Assembly: GCA_965263295.1 (NCBI GenBank)
Contig: OZ253665.1
Coordinates: 736,001-800,000, forward strand
Length of the DNA stretch: 64,000 bases
Source: Spirochaetia bacterium
Lineage (GTDB): Bacteria; Spirochaetota; Spirochaetia; SP-2023
Reading direction: 5' to 3'
Shown here one piece after another: positions 9,195-18,291 of the stretch. The notes under the pieces were generated by a model. That model searched no databases. It saw only the letters and a list, made by a program, of their open reading frames with translations, and was not told the origin of the DNA. The first letter of the stretch is position 1; every line of letters begins with the position of its first letter. Made by a program: the position numbers and the translations under genes.

Positions 9195-10238
9195 ATGAAA
9201 TTATTGTTTCCCCTGTCACTCATCTTGTTGGTGTTGTTATTATGCCAATGCCGGATGTCTAATTTTTCAACTTTCTCCTACAATGATGACGGCCATATCC
9301 CTAAGGTCCCGACCGTTAAAGTTTCTTCGGCAGACAATCTTTTTGATTCCAACTATGCCGTGCTGCCTCCTGAGACTGCCATAAGTGATGGTTTTGAATT
9401 AAGAGTGAGCGCCGGTACAAAAATTTCTGAAATCAAAGAAATGTTTAAAACCGGGGCCGCGGACGTTTCAGAACCGTCAGTTGTTGGCCCAAGAGGTGAA
9501 ATTCTGGCTGATGATGAAATTATTCATCAAAGTATTGGTAATGGTGAAAGCATTGAACTGCTATTCACCGACCCCAGTGGCGGCAGCTTGAGAGTCAAAG
9601 TGACCGGGTCTTCAGAACTTAAAGAAAGAATTAAGGCGGTCAAAAGTGAATTGCACAAGCTGAAAAATGAAGTTGATAGAACGAAAGATGGATATAAACA
9701 AGCAAGTCCACTCGCTTTGCTCTCTGTGGGGCCAAATGATACTGTTACATTGGAAGACCTGGAACTTGCTAAGAATGATTTTGTCATATCGGGCGAGAGT
9801 CTTGATCAAAAAGCTGAACTAAGTTTTACAGCCTTATCTGGGCTTGATCAGCAAAGCAATGGGGAAGATCACATTAATTTAATTGTTGAGCTAGAGTTAA
9901 ATGGTATTACAGCAAATAAGAAAATAGAAGTTATATATCACTTCAACTTTCAGCCAGATTTAGACAAATTTGAGGATGTCGAATCATCAAAATCTGCAGT
10001 TGTGCTTAAAAGTAGTGTTTTCGACAAAATATTAGACCAGGAGAGTTTTAATATGGAGGAGTTAAGCTATACACCTCCTCAGCTAAGTTCTGGTGTAAAT
10101 ATTATTGATGATTTTGAGGTTGCTGATTACGAGGTTCCAAAAAACAAGATTGAGGTCTACATCCGACTTGAGAAGGGTCTTTGCCCTTCCGATTCTCAAG
10201 CTAAAACTATCACTATCAGTGCAAAAGGCAGTAGCTGA
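9195..10238 (+). CDS. Hypothetical exported protein, probable lipoprotein
   Basis: GAGGAG RBS; MK + hydrophobic stretch ending LLLCQC; no recognisable domain; followed by terminator. Confidence 0.7.
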   Translation: MKLLFPLSLILLVLLLCQCRMSNFSTFSYNDDGHIPKVPTVKVSSADNLFDSNYAVLPPETAISDGFELRVSAGTKISEIKEMFKTGAADVSEPSVVGPRGEILADDEIIHQSIGNGESIELLFTDPSGGSLRVKVTGSSELKERIKAVKSELHKLKNEVDRTKDGYKQASPLALLSVGPNDTVTLEDLELAKNDFVISGESLDQKAELSFTALSGLDQQSNGEDHINLIVELELNGITANKKIEVIYHFNFQPDLDKFEDVESSKSAVVLKSSVFDKILDQESFNMEELSYTPPQLSSGVNIIDDFEVADYEVPKNKIEVYIRLEKGLCPSDSQAKTITISAKGSS

Positions 10239-10266
10239 ATACCCGTGGCTTTTCTGCCTTGCGCCG

Positions 10267-10295
10267 CGCCGCCTCGTTTGGGGCGGCGTTTTTTT
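10267..10295 (+). terminator. Rho-independent terminator
   Basis: CGCCGCCTC-GTTT-GGGGCGGCG hairpin followed by T7. Confidence 0.8.
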
Positions 10296-10320
10296 GTGTT
10301 TTTCGTGTATTTCGTGGTTA
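10291..10320 (-). repeat. Further inverted CACGAA repeat unit
   Basis: Reverse complement TAACCACGAAATACACGAAAAACACAAAAA. Confidence 0.75.
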
Positions 10321-10443
10321 GGGTGCAAGGGACTCTTAGAGGGTAACAGAGAAGGGGAACTACAATTATATTTTATTAATCAAAAGATATTCCAGACACA
10401 TTGTTTATGAGCACCAAATAGATAAAAAAAAGGGTTCATAGAC

Positions 10444-10472
10444 TTCACAAGTAAACAGGAAAAAGATATTAT
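10444..10472 (+). promoter_or_regulatory. Putative sigma70 promoter of the 10515 ORF
   Basis: TTCACA-17 bp-TATTAT, then AAGGAA RBS at ~10502. Confidence 0.55.
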
Positions 10473-10514
10473 TAAAAGTATCAAATAATATATAAAATAT
10501 AAAGGAATATAAAT

Positions 10515-10997
10515 ATGGGAGCGATGGGGAAATGGCTGTTCAAGAAGATTAACTCAAAAAGGATATTTGCGGTCCTTGAGACTGAAATAAAGTTGAAAGA
10601 CACTCAAGATTTAACGAACAAAGTTATTGATTTTTGTCAGGAGAATGAATTTTCTAAAAATATGCCCTTAGGAATTGAAGTTTCGACTCCAAACAAATCA
10701 CATGTTTTGTCCAGTGAACAATTTCAGCAAGCGCGCAAAGATCATTTTCAAAATTTACCTAAAAAACCATTTATTAAGTGGGAATTGGGAATAAATAATT
10801 TTTCTAACACGCTTATCACACGAGCTTTTCCGAACGTTAATATGTTAGATAAAAAGAGTTTAATTCTAAGTATTGGCGCTTTAAAAACAAATGGTTTCTC
10901 AACCTTTACACTCGAATTTGAACGCATAGCGTGGTTTGAAACATATGGTTTAATTAGGTTTCTAGAGGAACTAAAGGATTTTTTGGAAAACAATTAG
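10515..10997 (+). CDS. Hypothetical protein resembling a degenerate 2-oxoacid dehydrogenase E2 (CAT-like) core domain
   Basis: Own promoter and RBS; colinear similarity by eye to AceF core (LGIEVSTP ~ IGIAVDTP; RFLEELKDFLEN ~ E2 C-terminal helix); DHRxxDG motif absent. Confidence 0.55.
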   Translation: MGAMGKWLFKKINSKRIFAVLETEIKLKDTQDLTNKVIDFCQENEFSKNMPLGIEVSTPNKSHVLSSEQFQQARKDHFQNLPKKPFIKWELGINNFSNTLITRAFPNVNMLDKKSLILSIGALKTNGFSTFTLEFERIAWFETYGLIRFLEELKDFLENN

Positions 10998-11092
10998 ATG
11001 CTTACTTGACTCTATTGAGAGAGGCAGAAAAAAAGGACGACGGGAACCAGGAAAGGTAAACAGGGGAGCTACGGGAGGAAAATCAAGCACTT

Positions 11093-11296
11093 TTACGCTT
11101 GATCTATAGAAGCTGAAACAGTGGAGATCATGGTCTCTTGTCGTTTGACGTCAAGTATTCCGTGATGCCGGAAAAACTCATCGAGCCGCTGCTGGTGACG
11201 CTTTTCCAAATCTTTTAGCTCCCGCTCGAGGTCTTCCAGCTCGCTACAGCATTCCTGCAATAAAGCCTTGAGCTCTTGTTGTATCAGATCGTTCAT
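11093..11296 (-). CDS. Small coiled-coil hypothetical protein (67 aa)
   Basis: ATG at 11296 with GGAGA RBS, 27 bp after traB-family stop; heptad-like ELEDLERELKDLEKR. Confidence 0.6.
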   Translation of the reverse strand: MNDLIQQELKALLQECCSELEDLERELKDLEKRHQQRLDEFFRHHGILDVKRQETMISTVSASIDQA

Positions 11297-11322
11297 AATT
11301 TTTCTCCGTGCATTCCATGCGT

Positions 11323-12768
11323 TTATGTAGATAATATCACACTGAGCCAGGGCAAGGCAATAAAAGTTGCCGCCGCGCCGCCCAGGGAAACCCCCACAAA
11401 AATAATTAGAGCGTGCCAAATGCGATTCTGGCGGAATTGCCACCACTTTTCCAGCTCTAGTAGATCTTCAATATCTTTGATTCGGGGTTTGCGCAGTAGC
11501 ACTTCGCAAAGAGCGGTCAGCAGTCCCACTGAGATGCTGGGATTTAGGGCGGTAAAGGGCGAAGCGATGATGGCCACGAGAATACTCAAGGGATGGGCCA
11601 GGACGAGTAAGGCTGTCAGGCCCGCCAAGACCGAATGCGAGAGGATCCAGATGCCGATGCCTTGCAGGGCCTTCTCTGTATCGCTAAAGACAAAGCCGGC
11701 AAGCATGATGCCGACGGCGATGGCAGGTAAGACCCAAGGCAGGATTTTAGTCAGGTTCGACTTGTTGGGCGTGAGCAGTAATTCCTCTGTCTGGGGTATC
11801 GGAACACTGCGGCCCGGCCGCAACGCTTGCGCCCGGGCCGCATGCGTATTTGCGTCCATCTTTTTTCCCATTGTGGATTGGCTTTCAGGACTTGTCTTTT
11901 GGGGTTCGCCGGGCATTTTGCCCGCCTCGGCACTCTGCAGCTCAACTGATTCTACGGCGTGATGCGATTGGGGCTGCCGTGACTCTGGCGAGGCTGCCGT
12001 TTGCTGGCTCTCTTGCGCAGCAATAAGCTCCATGACTTGGCAGACACCGCGCAAGTGCCCTGCTCCGAGTACGGCAAAAACATTTTGGCCAGGGGCCGCT
12101 AAAATAGAACGGGCGAGGAAGACATCGCGTTCATCAATCAGACTGCTTTTTATGCTGGGCAAATAGGTGGCAAACTCATTCATCAGATGCTCCAGTGTGT
12201 TGGCCTCCTTGAGATTTTCGATGTCTTCTTCGGAAATTTTCTCATTAGTGGTTAGCGAGGCGACCAAGCCACTGAGCAGTTTGACGCGTTGCCCAAAATT
12301 ACAAGCCGCCCAGGCGCGTTTCAAGGTGATTTCCACCGGGCGATCGACCAATTCTAGATTTATACCGTTTTTATGGGCCAATTCCACGGCGCAAATCATT
12401 TCCTGTCCAGGCTTCATGTTCAGATCGCGGCTGACTCGTCTCTGGAACGAGGCGAGCAGGAGGTTGATTAACAACAGAAGGCCCTTGCCTTCTTTTAAAG
12501 TCTGAAACAGGTCCAGATTCTGCCAGCGTTCTTGTTGCATCAGGTTTTCGTAACGCTGCCGGTCCAGTTCTATGCAGATACAGTCTGGCTTGAGTTCGGC
12601 GATTTTCTCTTCAGTCTGTCTTGCGCTCTGTTCGGACACATGGGCTGTCCCAAGCAAAAATATACGGCGCTCAGTTACCCGGCTGTCTTCTCGGTCTGCC
12701 AAGCTTATTGGGCGAAAGCGTATTTGAGCTTCAATGGAACTAAGATAATCAATCTCAATTGGCTTCAT
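11323..12768 (-). CDS. TraB/PrgY (pheromone shutdown, TraB/GumN) family protein
   Basis: LGTAHVS, C.ELD..R, KPG.EM, DR...ITL.RAW, LIDERD, VLGAGH motifs plus C-terminal TM helices; ~75-aa polar insertion before the TM region. Confidence 0.88.
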   Translation of the reverse strand: MKPIEIDYLSSIEAQIRFRPISLADREDSRVTERRIFLLGTAHVSEQSARQTEEKIAELKPDCICIELDRQRYENLMQQERWQNLDLFQTLKEGKGLLLLINLLLASFQRRVSRDLNMKPGQEMICAVELAHKNGINLELVDRPVEITLKRAWAACNFGQRVKLLSGLVASLTTNEKISEEDIENLKEANTLEHLMNEFATYLPSIKSSLIDERDVFLARSILAAPGQNVFAVLGAGHLRGVCQVMELIAAQESQQTAASPESRQPQSHHAVESVELQSAEAGKMPGEPQKTSPESQSTMGKKMDANTHAARAQALRPGRSVPIPQTEELLLTPNKSNLTKILPWVLPAIAVGIMLAGFVFSDTEKALQGIGIWILSHSVLAGLTALLVLAHPLSILVAIIASPFTALNPSISVGLLTALCEVLLRKPRIKDIEDLLELEKWWQFRQNRIWHALIIFVGVSLGGAAATFIALPWLSVILST

Positions 12769-12801
12769 GGGGGATCCTCAGTAGTGGTTGGGCATTTTCG
12801 C

Positions 12802-15240
12802 TTAAGAGAATGCTTTGGGAGCGGAATTTTCGAGTTCGACAAATTCGGCTTCCAGGCGGCATATGTAATCCGCTGGCAATAGGCTCAGCAAGCAGACATT
12901 GATTAGGCTGTAAAATACTTCGTTGACCCGGGTGATATTCTTGACGCGGAAACTCATTAGGCGCTCTAGGCGCAATTCCAGGGCCAGCAGCTCGGGGTCT
13001 TCCTTGTTGCCCGTGAGATTCAGCGGCAACACCGTATATGGCACTAGGTCAAAATCATCGCCTTCGGCGACAGTAATAATGGCCATGTGATTGCGCGCTG
13101 TTAACAGGCTGTGCAACAGGTTGCGCTTGGCCGTGTAATAGACTCCGCGAGCCTCGCGGAAATGGATGTGCAGTTGACGCAAGTCGGAATTGCAACAAAC
13201 CAGGCGCCGGGAGTTGACAAAGGACTGGGGGCTGGCGGGCCAGTTGTCCCATAAAAAGCTCGCTGGCTTGCCATCCGCGTCGTCGTCTCTCGCCGTTTCT
13301 GTATCGTCCGTCGTGGGGGAGAATTGGGGGAGCGAAATTGCTTTGTCATGCGAGAATTTCCTCAACTTCTCCGAGATGGCATTAATAGGAAAGTCCAGAC
13401 TATTGACAATGGGCTCAGCAATTTCAGGGCAGGCGGCGATGACAGAACCTGTTGCCGCTGCCGTTGTTTGCCGGTTAGACAAATTGCCAACTGAAGCCTT
13501 TGTCGTAAAAGGTTCGCTACAATATATGCCGGCATGATTTAGTCTGTCGCGCCAGAAACTTTGCCGTTCTTCATTTAGGAAAAAAACACCAGGTTGAGGG
13601 TTGCAGAGGATATCGGGGTTCTTTGGATTTTCAAGCAAGCGGCTGATCAGTTCATTGTAACTGGGCTGGCAGACGAGCAAGGCACCTTTGAACAATTGAA
13701 AGCGGGTGCTATCGTTAAACCACTCTTGCCACTGCTGGCGAAAAAATTCAGAAATATGTATGCCATTGTTTTCCAGTTGAGGCAAGTGCTGGATAAATCG
13801 CTCAAATTTTCTTTCTTCGGCGTTAAAATATTGTTGAAAAAGGGCCTTTTCAATCCGGAACAGACTCAGTTCACCAAAGGATTCCAGACGGGCGCAAAGT
13901 AACAGGTCAATATAACTCTCGGGATGGCGCAGGTCACAATACAGCTCCCAGTTGGAACTCAGGCGATTGGATTGGGTATGCCTTGAGCTGGGACCTGTTT
14001 CTGTCCGCTGCGCCTCTGTGCCGAGAATACTTTCGTATAGTCTGGGGTTAAACAGGTAGTAAGCCTCTTGGTTGACTGCGTGGTTGGCTGCGTGGTCGGC
14101 GGCTTTGTCGCAGGGCGGCTGCGTATCTGCCGGACAAAGTATTTGCCAGCGCAACATGGCCGCAATACAGACTGCGGTTTGCCCGGCGGCGAGTCCCATG
14201 CGGGATAGCAGGCGTCGCAGCTGAGAGTCGGGCAGCATCATGTCTGGAGTCCAGATAAATAATAATTGGGCAAAGGCATTCGGGTGCAATCCGACGATGT
14301 GAGCTTGCAACGATAGCAGGCGTTGGTAGTAGGGAGAGCGCCACAGGTGGACAAAATCTTCCCGTGAGAAAACCAATTCTTGTTGCGCACCCTCGCGCAG
14401 CAGGCCACAGGCCTGGCCCATCTGGTTTAGTTCTTGCAGCTGGACTGCGTCGAGTTGCGGAAAGCAGTTCTGGCATTTGGCCAATTGGGCTTTGCTGATT
14501 TTGCGCCTGAAAGGTGAGCTTGTCTGGCCAAAATATAGGGCGCTTGCCAATAACAGCTCTGAGCTGAGTAGCAGTTTGGGGGCATTCTTGCGTAATTCCT
14601 GGCGCTTGGCTTGAGACAGAGCTACGGCTTTAAACAGATGGCTAAAGTCTAAATGTCGCTGTAAGGTGTCAATAAACTGCGGGGCGATCACAAAACTGGC
14701 TCCCCCGGCTACCGTCCCTTGCTTTTCAAACTTGGGTATCAAGTGCAACTGGCTTTCTGTCGCCGGGCGGGCAGCAGCAGGTTCGCGTTGCTTGTATCTA
14801 TCACTTTGCGCATCACCTCGCGGGATTTTTTCAGCCTTATCCATACTGTGACTGGCATGCCTTCTCTTTGGCCTGGGTTCGTCTACCTGTAATACCAGCA
14901 TGCGTTCCTGGAGGTGCAATAACTGCAGGCAAATTTCGATAACACTGTGTTCGGGCAGGCTCGCAGAAAGTTGCTCTATATTGTGTAGCCCCAGGTAGAG
15001 TGAGAGCAATAGTTGCGTATCGAAGTCATTTAAACTCTGTAGGCTGGCGCGCCGGTATTCGTCACGGTTGGCGTGATGCCATAAAGCTTCAATGATCAAT
15101 TCGCGCGAATGAGTCTTTTGTTGGCTGCTCTGGCTGAGATAGAGTCTGGCGAGCAGGTGCAGGCACTCGTCGCCGAGACAGCCAAAGCTCTTGCGCCATG
15201 ACGCTGGTAATTCCTGAAGGCTTTCTTGCCGCTCGGCCAT
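12802..15240 (-). CDS. XPB-partner helicase-associated domain protein with WYL-like C-terminus
   Basis: 7 bp gap after xpb; central segment resembles the XPB N-terminal (Helicase_C_3) domain; C-terminal YTVLPL...MSFRVKNITRV resembles WYL/SH3 fold. Confidence 0.6.
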   Translation of the reverse strand: MAERQESLQELPASWRKSFGCLGDECLHLLARLYLSQSSQQKTHSRELIIEALWHHANRDEYRRASLQSLNDFDTQLLLSLYLGLHNIEQLSASLPEHSVIEICLQLLHLQERMLVLQVDEPRPKRRHASHSMDKAEKIPRGDAQSDRYKQREPAAARPATESQLHLIPKFEKQGTVAGGASFVIAPQFIDTLQRHLDFSHLFKAVALSQAKRQELRKNAPKLLLSSELLLASALYFGQTSSPFRRKISKAQLAKCQNCFPQLDAVQLQELNQMGQACGLLREGAQQELVFSREDFVHLWRSPYYQRLLSLQAHIVGLHPNAFAQLLFIWTPDMMLPDSQLRRLLSRMGLAAGQTAVCIAAMLRWQILCPADTQPPCDKAADHAANHAVNQEAYYLFNPRLYESILGTEAQRTETGPSSRHTQSNRLSSNWELYCDLRHPESYIDLLLCARLESFGELSLFRIEKALFQQYFNAEERKFERFIQHLPQLENNGIHISEFFRQQWQEWFNDSTRFQLFKGALLVCQPSYNELISRLLENPKNPDILCNPQPGVFFLNEERQSFWRDRLNHAGIYCSEPFTTKASVGNLSNRQTTAAATGSVIAACPEIAEPIVNSLDFPINAISEKLRKFSHDKAISLPQFSPTTDDTETARDDDADGKPASFLWDNWPASPQSFVNSRRLVCCNSDLRQLHIHFREARGVYYTAKRNLLHSLLTARNHMAIITVAEGDDFDLVPYTVLPLNLTGNKEDPELLALELRLERLMSFRVKNITRVNEVFYSLINVCLLSLLPADYICRLEAEFVELENSAPKAFS

Positions 15241-15247
15241 GATTGTC

Positions 15248-17176
15248 CTACTTCGCAGTCACTTCGCTCGATTGGGTTATGCGCCTTGCGGGGCCGGTTT
15301 GGCTGCAAACCTCAATGCTGTTTTCTTCGGCGTACAGTTCACTCAAAGCATCTATTGAAGGGCCATTCGTTCCTCTTTTGAATGTGTCTTGCGCAGAAGC
15401 GCGCAAGGCTTTTTCTTGCTGCGGGCTCAGGGGGTAATCCTGAGCATCACAGGTGACGATATGGTACTTATAGCCTTGTTCAATCAAAAACTTTTGACGA
15501 TTGCTGGAGAAATCCTCTTCTACCGTGTAGCGCGATACAATGCTGTAAAAATAGGCTCCGCGTTCTTTGGGCCGCAGAATACGCCCCAGGCGTTGGGCTT
15601 CTTCCTGACGCGAACCAAAGGAGCCCGAAACCTGAATGGCCACATTCACGTCGGGCAGATCAATGGCAAAATTGGCCACTTTGGAGACGATAAGAATTTT
15701 AATTTTGCCGTCTCGCAATTGCTGGTAGAGCTCTTCTCGCCTGGTATTGGGCGTCTTGCCGGCTATAAGCGGCGCGCGAAATCGCTTGCTGAAAGACTCC
15801 AGTTGTTTGATGTATTGACCAATAACCAGGACTTTGTCCTGCCGGTGCCGTTGCAGCAGCTCGGCGGTGACTTCTTCTTTGAGGATGTTCTGGGCGGCAA
15901 TATTGATTTTTTGTCGCGGTTCGGCCACGGCGTATTCGAGTATCTGAATCTGTGGCAATTCAATGCGTATTTCATTGCAGTTGGCGGTCGCAATCCAACC
16001 GTCGCGCTCCAGTTCCTTCCACGGCACGTCGTAACGCTTGGGTCCCACCAGCGAAAATACGGCATCTTCCCCGTTGTCTTCGCGCACTAGCGTTGCGGTC
16101 AAGCCTAGGCGGCGCACACTTTGGATCTCCGCGACAATACGGAAGACCGGGGCGGGCAGCATGTGGACTTCATCGTAGATTATCAGGCCCCATTTGCGCC
16201 TGCGGAACAAGTCGAAGTGAGGGTGTTGGCCGTCTTGTTTGGAATAGCGGGCCAGCACCTGGTAGGTGGCGACGGTCACGGGCCCGATTCCCTTGTGCAT
16301 GCCGCTATATTCGGCCAGCTGTTCGGAGCTCAAGTCCGTTTTGTCCAGTAATTCGTTCATCCACTGGTGCAGGGCGGCTACGTTTGGGGTCAAGATCAAG
16401 GTCTCGGTCTGCAATGCCTGCATGGCCAACATGCCCACCACGGTTTTCCCGGCACCGCAGGGCAGGATGATGGAACCGAAGCCAGTGCCGGGGCCACGAT
16501 TGCCCAAAAGGGCGTTGACGGCGCTTTCTTGATAGTGGCGCGGACGGAATTCCTTGCCGGCCCGAGTCTGCTTGCGCAGATTGAATTGCAGTGGGGCACC
16601 TTCAAGGATGGGAGCCAGGTCAATCACGGGGAAGCCCTGGCGGATTAATTCTACTTTGACGGTACCGCGGTTGAGGGCAGAGATCAGAAAACTGCATTCG
16701 GGTTCTTCGGGCAAGAGATATTTGGAAAGCTTGCGGTTTCGCTGCAGTTCGAGCCAGATGCGCGGACTGTCGACGCAGAGCCTGAGCTGGCCGTAGTTTC
16801 CCGCGATGTGTTCAACCTGATCTCGCCCGGTATTATCCTGATGATCTTCAACTGGAGATAAGGTTTCTCCTTTGACCTCTTCAAGGCGGAGTTGGCCATA
16901 ACGGCTAATAGTCTCTTTGACTTGCAGGATGATATTTTGTGGTATTTCATAGCGGCTAAGCTCGTGCAGGTATTCGATGATTTTCTGGCTATCCAGTCCC
17001 GCAGAGGCCGCATTCCATAGAGATAGGGCCGTCAATTGATAAGTGTGGATGTGTTCAGGGGACTTTTCGAGTTCGCAGAACAGCAGGAGCAGGTCTCGGG
17101 CTTTGCCGCTGTCGGCATGGTGCAAGTCCAGCAGGAGTGTGCCATTGCCCTGAATGATTACCGGTTTGTCATACAT
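15248..17176 (-). CDS. xpb: Bacterial XPB/Ssl2/Rad25-like DNA helicase
   Basis: ELEKSPEHIHTY..T..SLWNA N-terminus, LPCGAGKT, DEVH, GLTATLVRED (RED motif), QRLGRILRPK. Confidence 0.93.
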   Translation of the reverse strand: MYDKPVIIQGNGTLLLDLHHADSGKARDLLLLFCELEKSPEHIHTYQLTALSLWNAASAGLDSQKIIEYLHELSRYEIPQNIILQVKETISRYGQLRLEEVKGETLSPVEDHQDNTGRDQVEHIAGNYGQLRLCVDSPRIWLELQRNRKLSKYLLPEEPECSFLISALNRGTVKVELIRQGFPVIDLAPILEGAPLQFNLRKQTRAGKEFRPRHYQESAVNALLGNRGPGTGFGSIILPCGAGKTVVGMLAMQALQTETLILTPNVAALHQWMNELLDKTDLSSEQLAEYSGMHKGIGPVTVATYQVLARYSKQDGQHPHFDLFRRRKWGLIIYDEVHMLPAPVFRIVAEIQSVRRLGLTATLVREDNGEDAVFSLVGPKRYDVPWKELERDGWIATANCNEIRIELPQIQILEYAVAEPRQKINIAAQNILKEEVTAELLQRHRQDKVLVIGQYIKQLESFSKRFRAPLIAGKTPNTRREELYQQLRDGKIKILIVSKVANFAIDLPDVNVAIQVSGSFGSRQEEAQRLGRILRPKERGAYFYSIVSRYTVEEDFSSNRQKFLIEQGYKYHIVTCDAQDYPLSPQQEKALRASAQDTFKRGTNGPSIDALSELYAEENSIEVCSQTGPARRITQSSEVTAK

Positions 17177-17187
17177 GATAAGGAGCG

Positions 17188-17216
17188 ATTATACTGGCTT
17201 GCCGAGTGTTAGGCAA
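17188..17216 (-). promoter_or_regulatory. Sigma70 promoter directly upstream of xpb (near-leaderless)
   Basis: TTGCCT-17 bp-TATAAT, 11 nt before ATG, no SD. Confidence 0.6.
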
Positions 17217-17484
17217 CGACAGGCGGCGCTCGGCCCGGCGCCTGGCGAAGCGCCGTTGATTCGCTTATATTGTTTTTTATAGTTTTTTATGTTCATTGTC
17301 TATATTTTGGTTGGCTGCAAGGAAGGAAAAATGTGCCGCCGGGCAAAGATAATTCGAGCTGCTTGGTTCTTAAATAAATAGAATCGCTGACTTTGAATCT
17401 GGCCTTGAAGCTCGTTTGCAAGAGCTGTCCTCCCTGTGACAACTATTTATCGAGTTGGGCTCTAGCTCAACTTTGTGAGTTACT

Positions 17485-17934
17485 TTGCCGAATTTTAAGG
17501 CAATGAAAAAAACGCGGTTATCGCGCAGCCGCTGGCGGCGCGTGCTGTTGCTTGCAGGCGGAAGTATTTCTTTGGTGTTGGGGGGGGCGGCTCTCTTGTT
17601 GCCCGTGATACCCACAACTCCCTTTTTGTTGTTGGCCGCGTGGTGTTTTACGCGCAGCTCCCCGCGCCTGCACTACTGGCTGTTTCACAACCGCCTGTTT
17701 GGTAGACACTTGAGGCGCCATGCCCGCGGCGAAGGCATGACCGGGGGCGCTAAAACTTGTGCCTTGCTGATGCTGTGGCCCGCTTTGGCGATATCCGCCT
17801 TTGTCTTTGTCCCTTCGCCCTTGTGGTGGCTACGTTTCATTCTGTTGGGAATAGGCATTGGGGGCAGTATTTATATATTGCGCTTGCCAACGACGCCGAG
17901 GCGACCACCTCAAAAAGGTGAGGGTCTAAAGTAA
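17485..17934 (+). CDS. YbaN (DUF454) family inner-membrane protein
   Basis: LPVIPTTPFLLLAAWCF.RSSPRLH.WL motif; true start may be ATG 17503. Confidence 0.9.
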   Translation: MPNFKAMKKTRLSRSRWRRVLLLAGGSISLVLGGAALLLPVIPTTPFLLLAAWCFTRSSPRLHYWLFHNRLFGRHLRRHARGEGMTGGAKTCALLMLWPALAISAFVFVPSPLWWLRFILLGIGIGGSIYILRLPTTPRRPPQKGEGLK

Positions 17935-18105
17935 TTTTTTTAAAGGAATTAGAGTAATTATTGGCAGCGCATATTTGAAAAGCGAACAGAAGAGCGATAA
18001 AAAAACGATAAAAAAATTTTGTGCGATAATTTTGTACCATAATTTGGCCAGTCCAACAGCCGAGAACCGATATTAATAATGAGCGCAAACTAGATGTAAA
18101 AGGGC

Positions 18106-18134
18106 TTGGCAAAGTTCTAAAACAAGATTAGAAT
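18106..18134 (+). promoter_or_regulatory. Putative sigma70 promoter for tRNA-Arg
   Basis: TTGGCA-17 bp-TAGAAT. Confidence 0.5.
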
Positions 18135-18217
18135 CTTAGTTGGTTCACTTGTCGATTCTGGTTCGCTCTCGCATGGGGTGCAAATATTGCCGCGTGGATT
18201 GACATGAAATAGTTTGG

Positions 18218-18291
18218 GGACGATTAGCTCAGCTGGATAGAGCGCTTCCCTCCGGAGGAAGAGGCCAGGCGTTCGAATCGCCTATCGTCCG
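18218..18291 (+). tRNA. tRNA-Arg(CCG), CCA not encoded
   Basis: Acceptor GGACGAT/ATCGTCC, D arm GCTC/GAGC, anticodon stem CTTCC/GGAAG with loop CTCCGGA, T arm AGGCG-TTCGAAT-CGCCT. Confidence 0.97.

Noticed and set aside
11323..12768. Conjugation gene indicating a mobile element
   Set aside because: TraB/PrgY family is commonly chromosomal; no T4SS, relaxase or oriT nearby
15389..16470. Long plus-strand ORFs opposite xpb (and similar ones opposite aceE, lepA, glyQS)
   Set aside because: Antisense shadows of well-conserved genes with biased codon usage; no motifs
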